Shown one piece after another: positions 55,922-63,785 of a stretch of DNA of 64,000 nucleotides. This stretch comes from an uncultured Candidatus Saccharibacteria bacterium (GTDB lineage: Bacteria; Patescibacteriota; Minisyncoccia; Phycocordibacterales; Phycocordibacteraceae), in contig CAYJLK010000003.1 in assembly GCA_964371445.1 (NCBI GenBank), positions 1,108 through 65,107 of the forward strand, written 5' to 3'. Each line of letters begins with the position of its first letter. Positions within the stretch are counted from its first letter, which is position 1. A program made the position numbers and the translations under genes. Below the pieces are notes generated by a model. The model was not told the DNA's origin. It saw only the letters and a program-made list of their open reading frames with translations, and did no database searches.

Positions 55922-56046
55922 GTGGTCTAATTTATAGCAAATACCTTATAAAGAGTCAATAGGCGCGATTATACCACCCCGTTAGAGACTAGGCTAGGTA
56001 GACAATTACACATCAAAGACCCCTAATTTATCTCGAAAAGGGGTCT

Positions 56047-59000
56047 CTAACGGGGTACCACAAGATTGAGGATTTTCCCCGGTACATAAATAACCCTCTT
56101 TGGCTCATGTTCGCCGAGCGCGGTGGTCACGGGCGGGAGTTTGAGCGCTTGTGCAACGGCATCTTCTTCAGAGGCATCGACAGCGAGCGTAATCGAGCCA
56201 CGACGTTTGCCGTTCACCTGTACAACAACTTCTTTCTCGGTCGCGATGGCGATGTCAGCTGTCGGCCATGCGTGCGCGTGCACACTCCCCTCTTCGCCGA
56301 GTGTCTCCCAGAGGTGCTCGGCGAGATGCGGCGCAAACGGCGCGAGCATGACGATGAGTTGCGCGAGCGCGGCCTTCGGCACGGACGGCGCCGCTTCGAG
56401 CTCGTTCACGAGTATCATAAGCGCTGCAACTGCGGTATTAAGTTTAAACCGATCTCCGTCTCCGGATACTTTCACGCTTGCCGTCGCGAGCGCCTGCTTA
56501 ATATCTTCTGGAGTATCCTCAGGCATGGATGTCGTAAGTCCATATTTCTCAACAAGACGGGTGATGCGCTCAAGGAACTTGCGCATCGATGCGACGCCAT
56601 CCAGATTCCACGGGTAGCTCCCCGGCTCGTTGTAGGGGCCGATAAAGGCGAGGTAGATGCGCACCGCGTCTGCGCCATATTTCTGCACGAACTCGTCGGG
56701 GTTCACGACATTCCCTTTCGACTTACTCATCTTCTGCCCGTCGGGGCCCATGATGAGTCCGCGGTTGAAGCGCTCGGCAAAGGGTTCGTCGAAGGGCACG
56801 AGTGCGAGGTCGTAGAGCGCCTTCATAAAGAACCGCGCGTAGAGCACGTGCATGGTGGTGTGTTCGCTCCCGCCGGAGTAGCGATTAATCGGTAGCCACT
56901 TCTTCATCATCGCCGCATCAGAAAAGTTGTGTGCGTCCTGCGGATTCAGATAACGCAGGAAGTACCACGAGGAATCTACGAATGTATCCAGCGTGTCATA
57001 CTCCGGCGTCCAGCCTTCGCCGAAGATGCGTATAACACGTTCTTTCAGCTCTTGTGAAGACGCAAGTGGCGCCTTACCCGTGGGAGTGAAGTCAACGTCG
57101 GTCGGCAAAAGCCAGGGCAGATGTTCGGCAGGTATCGCGTGCGGCTTCCCTTCGGGATCGTAGACGATAGGTATCGGACAGCCCCAGTAGCGCTGGCGGG
57201 AGACCAGCCAATCGCGGAGCCGATACATCGTCGCCTTCTCGCCGCCGACCGCCTGCACGATGTCCCATATCGCTTCTTCGTTATCCCGACCATCGAATGT
57301 ACCGGAATTGATAAGGTAACCATTTTCAACCAGTGCTTCTTCTTTTTCTAATAATTGCCAGACCTGTTTCTGATGATCGGGAGTAAGACGAGAAAGGACC
57401 TCATTCTCTTCGGTCCAGACAAGTGTATGTTTCTTCTGTTCTGAAGTATGGATTACACCCTGTTCAGCAAGACTTTCTACTTCTGCGATGAAAGCATACG
57501 TATGAGCACAGCGATTCTCTTTTTTATGAGATGCACAGTATTTCGCAGATGTTATCCAGCGAAGTCTTTTGACGATACGGACATTCTTAAGTGCAGCTTC
57601 TTCACGAATTTCGGTCAATGCAGCCTCTTCCGGAGTTTGTCCCGACTCGACACCGCCCATGATGGCAGTAGTAATTCCTTCGAGTGTCTCGTGCCAATTG
57701 AGGAGCGCGAACTTGCCGGTTGATTTATCACGTAAATGAACGATAACCGTATCACGTTTAACCTCCTCGAACCCATCTTGAGGAGGATTTTTAGAGTCGT
57801 TAGCGCACGGTACCACTACTTGCTTTATTGGTAACTGCATTTTCTGCGCGAACTCAAAGTCGCGTTCGTCGTGCGCGGGGACCGCCATTACCGCGCCCGT
57901 GCCATAGGACGCGAGGACATAATCGGCGATAAAAATAGGAATTTCTTCTTTCGTCGCTGGGTTAATCGCAGAAACACCCTCCAGCCTCACGCCGGTCTTC
58001 TCCTTGTTCTCGCTTCGCTCGCGCTCGGTCTTCTGCGCCGTCTTCTGTATGTATTCTCGCACCTCCACCGTGTTATTGATGGACTTCGTAAATCCATCAT
58101 CTGAAAGGAACGAGTGTTCGGGTGCAAGCACGACATAGGTGGCACCAAACACCGTGTCCGGCCGTGTCGTGAATACTTTAATCTTCGTGTCTCGCCCAGA
58201 AACAGATATATTGAGACTTTCCAAAACGTCGGGCTCTTCTTTGTCTGTGTAATGCTCTCTTTTTGATGTTCCCGTAACGAGCTCTGCGTCGAGGTTTGCG
58301 GCCATCTTCTCCAAATAGACAATCCGGTCTTCTTCTTTGAGATCCGAAAGTATCAGGCGTTTAGGCGCTAACTTTTTAAGTGTTTCGAAATCAAATTCCC
58401 ATGAGAACGTAGTATGGAAGTTTTTATCTTCATTACTGTGTTTCGGATCCTTCGCTGCAGCGACGAGTACGAGTTCGCGAATAGGCTTACCGTGTTTTAC
58501 CAGCGCTTTCATCGCCACTATCGCACCTAGACTATGCCCGATGAGAACAGTGTTCTTATCCATCCGGCAGTTTTCCAACACATAAGCCACTTGATCCTTC
58601 TCCGTTGGATGGTCGGTATCCGGCATTTGCGGTGCCTGCACTTCATAACCCTTATTTTCTAGTTCTGTCTTTAGCCACGGGATGAAGTTTTTGTCTGCGC
58701 GGCCAGTCCATCCGTGCAGGATGATGAAGTTTGGTTTGTCATTATTGGCAATTGAGAACTCGAGATACGCGCCTTCCGACTTTCCTATCCACGCCCGTTG
58801 CGCCGTCTTAATCTCTTCGCGCCACGGGAGCGCATCGAGACCGGTCAAAAGCCGCTCAGCATAGTCGGTAATCTTGAAGAACCACTGCGTGAGCCGCTTC
58901 TCCTCAACTTCCGTACCGCACCGCTCGCAGTGCCCGTCGATGACCTGCTCGTTGGCGAGCACGGTCTGGTCCTTGGGACACCACTTCACCGCCGCCTCCC

Positions 59001-59451
59001 GATGTTCGGCAAGCTTGTGCTCAAAGAGCTTCGTGAAGAGCCACTGCGTCCACTGGTAGTAGCCCGGGTCGCAGGCCACCACCTCCTTACTCCAATCGAA
59101 CGACGCGCCCATGCTCTTGAGCTGGGTACGCATCCGCTCCATGTTCTGGTAGGTCCACTCCTTGGGGTCGACACCGTGCTTGATCGCCGCGTTCTCAGCC
59201 GGTAATCCGAATGCGTCGAATCCTATCGGGAACAGCACATTCTTCCCGCGCATGCGCAGCAGACGCGCGTAGATGTCGGTCACAGCAAAGGCGTACCAGT
59301 GGCCGATATGCAGGTCGCCGGAGGGATAGGGAAACTCGACGAGAAGGTAATACCCCTCTTTGGACTCGTCTTTGAGATCAGTGCGGTAGAGATCGAGACT
59401 TGCCCACTTCTCTTGGGCCTTCTTCTCTATCTCGCGGTGATCATACGCCAT
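56047..59451 (-). CDS. leuS: Leucyl-tRNA synthetase carrying two extra in-frame inserted domains (alpha/beta serine hydrolase and Nudix-like), 1134 aa
   Basis: HIGH (PSGDLHIGHWYAF) and KMSKS (KMSKSKGN) present, with a CP1 Thr-rich start TTRPDTVFGATYVVLAPEH. Two ~185- and ~150-aa insertions of lower GC lie relative to the bacterial LeuRS landmarks. Confidence 0.9.
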   Translation of the reverse strand: MAYDHREIEKKAQEKWASLDLYRTDLKDESKEGYYLLVEFPYPSGDLHIGHWYAFAVTDIYARLLRMRGKNVLFPIGFDAFGLPAENAAIKHGVDPKEWTYQNMERMRTQLKSMGASFDWSKEVVACDPGYYQWTQWLFTKLFEHKLAEHREAAVKWCPKDQTVLANEQVIDGHCERCGTEVEEKRLTQWFFKITDYAERLLTGLDALPWREEIKTAQRAWIGKSEGAYLEFSIANNDKPNFIILHGWTGRADKNFIPWLKTELENKGYEVQAPQMPDTDHPTEKDQVAYVLENCRMDKNTVLIGHSLGAIVAMKALVKHGKPIRELVLVAAAKDPKHSNEDKNFHTTFSWEFDFETLKKLAPKRLILSDLKEEDRIVYLEKMAANLDAELVTGTSKREHYTDKEEPDVLESLNISVSGRDTKIKVFTTRPDTVFGATYVVLAPEHSFLSDDGFTKSINNTVEVREYIQKTAQKTERERSENKEKTGVRLEGVSAINPATKEEIPIFIADYVLASYGTGAVMAVPAHDERDFEFAQKMQLPIKQVVVPCANDSKNPPQDGFEEVKRDTVIVHLRDKSTGKFALLNWHETLEGITTAIMGGVESGQTPEEAALTEIREEAALKNVRIVKRLRWITSAKYCASHKKENRCAHTYAFIAEVESLAEQGVIHTSEQKKHTLVWTEENEVLSRLTPDHQKQVWQLLEKEEALVENGYLINSGTFDGRDNEEAIWDIVQAVGGEKATMYRLRDWLVSRQRYWGCPIPIVYDPEGKPHAIPAEHLPWLLPTDVDFTPTGKAPLASSQELKERVIRIFGEGWTPEYDTLDTFVDSSWYFLRYLNPQDAHNFSDAAMMKKWLPINRYSGGSEHTTMHVLYARFFMKALYDLALVPFDEPFAERFNRGLIMGPDGQKMSKSKGNVVNPDEFVQKYGADAVRIYLAFIGPYNEPGSYPWNLDGVASMRKFLERITRLVEKYGLTTSMPEDTPEDIKQALATASVKVSGDGDRFKLNTAVAALMILVNELEAAPSVPKAALAQLIVMLAPFAPHLAEHLWETLGEEGSVHAHAWPTADIAIATEKEVVVQVNGKRRGSITLAVDASEEDAVAQALKLPPVTTALGEHEPKRVIYVPGKILNLVVPR

Positions 59452-59457
59452 GTGCTA

Positions 59458-59497
59458 AAGGTTCAACCTTGGGAATCCGGGGTTAAGGTTGAACCTT
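59458..59497. repeat. Inverted repeat AAGGTTCAACCTT-N14-AAGGTTGAACCTT between the upstream membrane-protein gene and the leuS start
   Basis: 13-bp perfect arms; the stop codon of gene 59483.. lies inside the right arm, and the leuS ATG is 7 nt from the left arm. Confidence 0.7.
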
Positions 59498-60457
59498 GTT
59501 GATCGGTGGATAGAAGGCGGGGTCAATAATGCGTTCGAAGCATATCTGCCCTGTGCCGTGTTGCCAGTTGTCTGCTTGCATCATGATATCCTTGCCGCCG
59601 ACACCTACTGGGACCGGTTCAACGGGACGGGTTTCGGTGAGAGTGCTTGGATTGGGGCGGCTCACTGTGTTGAAGTCTGCACAGAGCTTGAACGAGAGCC
59701 CTTCGCCCGGCTGGTACACGTACGACTCCCCCGTCTGCGGGTCGACCGGCACAGGACCGTAATTGAGCGAGTTGTTGAGATCAGTGATTTTCCCCGGCAA
59801 CTTCTGTTTTGCCTGCCAGAAATAGATGATCTGTGACTGTATGACCTGCAAGTCACTTACCTTCTGCGCGTCGAAGCGCGCGAGGCGCGCCTCAGCCGGC
59901 GTGCCGACGATGAAGAACCCTGAGATAACCGTACCGACGGCGATAACGGCTACGCCGATGCGCACCATATTCCGCCGCTTGGGGAACATATCCCAGTATC
60001 CTCTGAAGTCAGCGATGAAGTGCATAAACACGCCGCCCGCGACGAGGAAGATGATGAGCACCTTCAGAAGGAAGGCGACCGTGAGCGCTTCACCGTTGAG
60101 GAAGGTAGTAAGAAGCGTGATGAGGTCGACCGCCATCGCGATGCCCGCAACGAAGAGGGTTAGGATGAGCGCCCATCGCCGGACCCAGATCTCATTGCGC
60201 GAAGGGTCGCGGACGGCGTCCTTATGTATGAACCGCATGAGGAGCAGATAGATGGGAAAGAGCACGATGATTGAGGCCATCTCGTAGCTGATACCGCTCT
60301 GGTACGGGTCGGCCGGATAGTAGCTCAGCACGTTTGGGAACGTGTAGTTGATGTAATCGAACGTGAGGAGAATAAACGCGATAACACTCCAATAAAACGT
60401 GACCATCGCCCCTGCCCACAAGAAGAAGTCCTTTGGTGTTGTTTTTGGTTTGTCCAT
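59483..60457 (-). CDS. Hypothetical membrane protein (6 TM plus C-terminal extracytoplasmic domain)
   Basis: ATG at 60457 (MDKPK) lies 8 nt downstream of the extended -10 TGGTATAAT (60466-60474), suggesting a leaderless mRNA; an alternative ATG lies at 60463. Confidence 0.55.
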   Translation of the reverse strand: MDKPKTTPKDFFLWAGAMVTFYWSVIAFILLTFDYINYTFPNVLSYYPADPYQSGISYEMASIIVLFPIYLLLMRFIHKDAVRDPSRNEIWVRRWALILTLFVAGIAMAVDLITLLTTFLNGEALTVAFLLKVLIIFLVAGGVFMHFIADFRGYWDMFPKRRNMVRIGVAVIAVGTVISGFFIVGTPAEARLARFDAQKVSDLQVIQSQIIYFWQAKQKLPGKITDLNNSLNYGPVPVDPQTGESYVYQPGEGLSFKLCADFNTVSRPNPSTLTETRPVEPVPVGVGGKDIMMQADNWQHGTGQICFERIIDPAFYPPINKVQP

Positions 60458-60536
60458 AAGCATGCATTATACCACAAATAAGGTGTGCTATCGGCTTCCT
60501 ACACTATCAGCCGCTCGACTTAAATGCCTATTTCAG

Positions 60537-60582
60537 CCGTGGAGGAAGACCATCACATCATCGGTATAAAAAGAGTCCCCGC
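60537..60582. repeat. Copy 1 of duplicated ychF 3'-end segment (encodes ..DVMVFLHG-stop on the minus strand) plus shared terminator half-stem
   Basis: Identical 46-mer to 61251-61296; shares the core CCGTGGAGGAAGACCAT with the authentic ychF end. Confidence 0.85.
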
Positions 60583-60620
60583 GCGAGCGCAGGGACTGAG
60601 GATGGACAAGGGGTGGATCG

Positions 60621-61142
60621 TTAGTTTGGCGCAGGAATTGGTGCGGGTTTGAGTTGGTCGTTCAACCACGTGAGTCCTCTTTCGTACCACTCCCGTGCCT
60701 TACTCTTACTCGGCGGCCGAGGAACACAGGCGCAGATGTACAGCCATATGGAAAGCGAGATCATTCCGTAGGACATCCATTGACCGCCTTTGCTTGATGG
60801 CAGTAGCCACATTAAAAATCCCATGCAACCAATAGTCATAGCGAGAACGAACCGCAGAGAAGCGTCACTCCAAGGAACGGCAAACAGTTTACCGTTCGCC
60901 AAGAATTCACTCTCTTCTTTTTCTGTACGACGAACGATACTCATCATAGAAAAAGTGTTAATGGACAACAATGCAAACATGGCGGGATCGAAATAAGATA
61001 CATTTCCTCCCCAGAAAAATACCGTGGAAGTTATCAACGTCCATTTCTGTAGTCTAAACTTCGTCAGTCCGGTGAATTGCTGGAACTTGTCGCAGAACTT
61101 CTGTGCTACAGACAGTAGCAAACTATCGAGTAATTCGACCAT
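60621..61142 (-). CDS. Hypothetical small membrane protein (174 aa), cassette B cargo
   Basis: AGAGGGAGG Shine-Dalgarno 7 nt upstream of ATG 61142; 3-4 TM helices; followed by a hairpin plus CTCTTTTTATACC terminator. Confidence 0.55.
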   Translation of the reverse strand: MVELLDSLLLSVAQKFCDKFQQFTGLTKFRLQKWTLITSTVFFWGGNVSYFDPAMFALLSINTFSMMSIVRRTEKEESEFLANGKLFAVPWSDASLRFVLAMTIGCMGFLMWLLPSSKGGQWMSYGMISLSIWLYICACVPRPPSKSKAREWYERGLTWLNDQLKPAPIPAPN

Positions 61143-61217
61143 GATCGTACCTCCCTCTCTTTTGGTTGCGTAAGGGGATATATTCCCCACCTTTATGTCT
61201 CAACGTGCTCTAAAACT

Positions 61218-61245
61218 AATATACTGAAATTTACTACTTCGTCAA
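61218..61245 (-). promoter_or_regulatory. Promoter-like element TTGACG-16-TATATT directly after the ychF-tail copy 2
   Basis: The -35 begins right after the pseudo stop codon; this is a paralogous position to the TTGACA element after the authentic ychF stop. Confidence 0.45.
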
Positions 61246-61250
61246 GTCAT

Positions 61251-61296
61251 CCGTGGAGGAAGACCATCACATCATCGGTATAAAAAGAGTCCCCGC
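61251..61296. repeat. Copy 2 of duplicated ychF 3'-end segment (encodes ..TDDVMVFLHG-stop on the minus strand)
   Basis: See 60537-60582. Confidence 0.85.
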
Positions 61297-61330
61297 CGGA
61301 GCGGGGATGAGTCGGGATGCGGCGAAACAT

Positions 61331-61747
61331 TCAGGGCATGACGAAGATGAACTCGTCATTCGGTTCGAACAAGTCGTCACCAGAACAGCTGGCGCTCCCG
61401 CTCGAAATGGTGCTCTCGCCTCTCGTAAATCGCATGATGTAGGGCGACTCTGTGCCGGGTTTGTACGGCTCCATGGCGAGATTCAATACATCACCCGGTT
61501 GCGTGTCCTTGCCGTTGCGGAGCTCGTTCATCAAGAAAAAGTGCAGCCCCCTCGGCGCATGTACGAGTCCGAGTACTGCGGCCGCCGCAACAATTGCGCT
61601 GTACGGTGCCGGTTCGTTGAAGCCGAGATCGGTCACTTTGGTCCTCGTCAGATAGTGCGGACTGCCTTCGAACCTCACACTCATCCAGATGTTGAATGCA
61701 CGCTTAACCCTCGTTTGCGGAACCTTCTGTCCTGATTGAGCTGTCAT
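61331..61747 (-). CDS. Hypothetical protein (138 aa), cassette A cargo
   Basis: AAGGGGAG Shine-Dalgarno 7 nt upstream of ATG 61747; followed by a CCCCGC-TCCG-GCGGGG hairpin plus T-run; no family recognised. Confidence 0.55.
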   Translation of the reverse strand: MTAQSGQKVPQTRVKRAFNIWMSVRFEGSPHYLTRTKVTDLGFNEPAPYSAIVAAAAVLGLVHAPRGLHFFLMNELRNGKDTQPGDVLNLAMEPYKPGTESPYIMRFTRGESTISSGSASCSGDDLFEPNDEFIFVMP

Positions 61748-61788
61748 CGAACTACTCCCCTTGTGTGATGTATCGGATACCCTCGCTC

Positions 61789-61817
61789 AAGCTAGATAGA
61801 ATCCACTATATTGTCAA
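61789..61817 (-). promoter_or_regulatory. Promoter-like element TTGACA-17-TAGCTT immediately after the ychF stop
   Basis: An exact -35 hexamer sits 1 nt after the TAA; the -10 is weak. Confidence 0.35.
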
Positions 61818-61818
61818 G

Positions 61819-62916
61819 TTACCCGTGGAGGAAGACCATTACGTCGCCGTCCTTGACGATGTACTCCTTGCCTTCCGTGCGGACCTTTGCCGCCTCGCGC
61901 GCGGCGGCGTAGCCGCCAGCGGCGATAAGGTCGTCATATGAAACGACTTCGGCGCGGATAAATTTATTCAAAAAGTCATTATGGATTGCCGCGCCCGCAA
62001 CGGGCGCTGTACTTCCCTCTTTAATCGTCCACGCGCGCGTCTCGTCGGTGCCGGTAGTAAAAAATGAAATGAGTCCGAGTGTGTCGTACGCATTTCTGAT
62101 GAGACCGGCGAGTCCGTCTTCGGACACACCGAGCTCCTGACGGAAGCTCTGGCGGTCATCATCAGCGACATCATTCAATTCGCGCTCCGTTGCGGCATCG
62201 AGGAATATGTACCGCCCGCCAAGCGCTTCGATGAGCTCATACGCGCGCTCGGCGCGACCGTCATTGACCTCGTCGAGGTTGTGTCCGCCGCTCTTCCTAT
62301 TAAGCGCGTAGAGGATCGGCTTCATCGTGAGAAGGTTCAGGTGTGCAACAAGTTTTTTCTCATCGTCGGTGAGCTCGGCATGGAGCGCGAGTTTCCCCAG
62401 GGTTATGCCTTGCATAAGCTTGGCGAGAGCCGCGTCCTCGGCGACAAACTCCTTTCGTCCCGCCTTGATATCGCCCGCGATCTTGTCGCGCCGCTTCCGC
62501 ACCTGCTCGCCGTCGGCAAGCACGAGCTCCATGTTAATGATCTCAATGTCCTTGTACGGCTCGATAGTGGTATCGACGTGCGTAATATTCGTATCGTCGA
62601 AGAAGCGCACCAACTGGAGGACGGCATCGGTCTCGCGGATATTCGCGAGAAATTGGTTGCCGAGACCTTCACCCTCTGCCGCGCCCTTCACAAGCCCGGC
62701 GATATCGACGAATTCTATCGCCGCCGGGATAATCTTCTCGCTCTTTGAAAGTTCTGCGAGCGCGCCGAGACGTGCGTCGGGAACGCCGACCACACCCACC
62801 GACGGATCGATAGTGCAGAACGGATAATTCTCTGCCGGCACCGAGGTCTTCGTGAGTGCATTAAAAAGCGTGGACTTCCCCACGTTCGGCAGACCAACAA
62901 TGCCTATCTTCAACAT
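61819..62916 (-). CDS. ychF: Ribosome-binding ATPase YchF (Obg-family GTPase)
   Basis: G1 MLKIGIVGLPNVGKSTLFNALT, TGS C-terminal domain ending ...KDGDVMVFLHG. Confidence 0.9.
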   Translation of the reverse strand: MLKIGIVGLPNVGKSTLFNALTKTSVPAENYPFCTIDPSVGVVGVPDARLGALAELSKSEKIIPAAIEFVDIAGLVKGAAEGEGLGNQFLANIRETDAVLQLVRFFDDTNITHVDTTIEPYKDIEIINMELVLADGEQVRKRRDKIAGDIKAGRKEFVAEDAALAKLMQGITLGKLALHAELTDDEKKLVAHLNLLTMKPILYALNRKSGGHNLDEVNDGRAERAYELIEALGGRYIFLDAATERELNDVADDDRQSFRQELGVSEDGLAGLIRNAYDTLGLISFFTTGTDETRAWTIKEGSTAPVAGAAIHNDFLNKFIRAEVVSYDDLIAAGGYAAAREAAKVRTEGKEYIVKDGDVMVFLHG

Positions 62917-62956
62917 ATATGCACCCTACGACTTCATCACTTTTTACGCAAGGCAG

Positions 62957-63463
62957 TTAGCCTCGTTTCGGCACGAGGAGGAACCGCATATACTGAAGCA
63001 GTGCATAGAAAATGGCGGTCGCGACGACGAAGAATGCAACAGCAGAACCGAAGGACAAGGGCGGTATCTCTCCGAGCGTGAGGAAGACGAGGAACCACCA
63101 CCCTGTAAAGGCGATTGCGCTGCCAAAGGCAAACGAGATGCGCTGCCGCGAGAGAGCCCACGAGACGGTAATGATTAAAAGTGCGAGCGCAATAAGAGTC
63201 CAGTAGCTCGAAGAGAGTGCCGACTGTTCTGAAGTGTGCTGTAGATACGCGATGCTGACGAGACCAAATGACGAGAGTAAGAGAAGCGACATGCCGAAAC
63301 GTAATCCGCGGGCGATTGCGTGGAGGTGCGCACGTTCGGCGCTATCTATCTTCCCGTCCCGCATAGAGCGGACATACGCAAGTTCGCCCCACACCGCCGA
63401 GAGCGCCCCTAGTGCGGCGCCGAGCGCTTGACAGAGAACGAGCGCCGGGACGAGTGTGTTCAT
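62957..63463 (-). CDS. Hypothetical membrane protein
   Basis: Five hydrophobic helices. Confidence 0.5.
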   Translation of the reverse strand: MNTLVPALVLCQALGAALGALSAVWGELAYVRSMRDGKIDSAERAHLHAIARGLRFGMSLLLLSSFGLVSIAYLQHTSEQSALSSSYWTLIALALLIITVSWALSRQRISFAFGSAIAFTGWWFLVFLTLGEIPPLSFGSAVAFFVVATAIFYALLQYMRFLLVPKRG

Positions 63464-63488
63464 ACGTGTGGTGAGTTTGTCGAATCCA

Positions 63489-63719
63489 TTACTTCTGCAT
63501 CAACACGGAAAGCTCAGAACGATATTTCTTCATCACCTCCATCGCCGCCTTTATCTCGCTTTCACCGCCCTTCTTGCGGCGTTCGATCTCTTCGCCGATC
63601 TTCTTAAAGAGTTGGGGATCCTTCGTCACGAGCGCCGTCATCTGTTCGCGCTGCGCGGGCGGCACGTCCTTCAGCTTCCATTTCGCGTATTGATTGAGGA
63701 GAAAACTCTGGAGAGACAT
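63489..63719 (-). CDS. Hypothetical small protein (76 aa)
   Basis: ATG at 63719 lies 6 nt after the TGGTATTAT -10-like hexamer (leaderless candidate); charged helical protein. Confidence 0.45.
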   Translation of the reverse strand: MSLQSFLLNQYAKWKLKDVPPAQREQMTALVTKDPQLFKKIGEEIERRKKGGESEIKAAMEVMKKYRSELSVLMQK

Positions 63720-63739
63720 AGTGAAATAATACCACAAAA

Positions 63740-63783
63740 CCAAGGTTCGACCTTACATCCGAACCCCCAAGGTCGAACCTTGG
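63740..63783 (-). terminator. Inverted repeat CCAAGGTTCGACCTT-N14-AAGGTCGAACCTTGG acting as a terminator of the upstream partial gene
   Basis: 15-bp arms, followed on the minus strand by GTTTTGTGG and then the -10 of the next gene. Confidence 0.55.
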
Positions 63784-63785
63784 TT

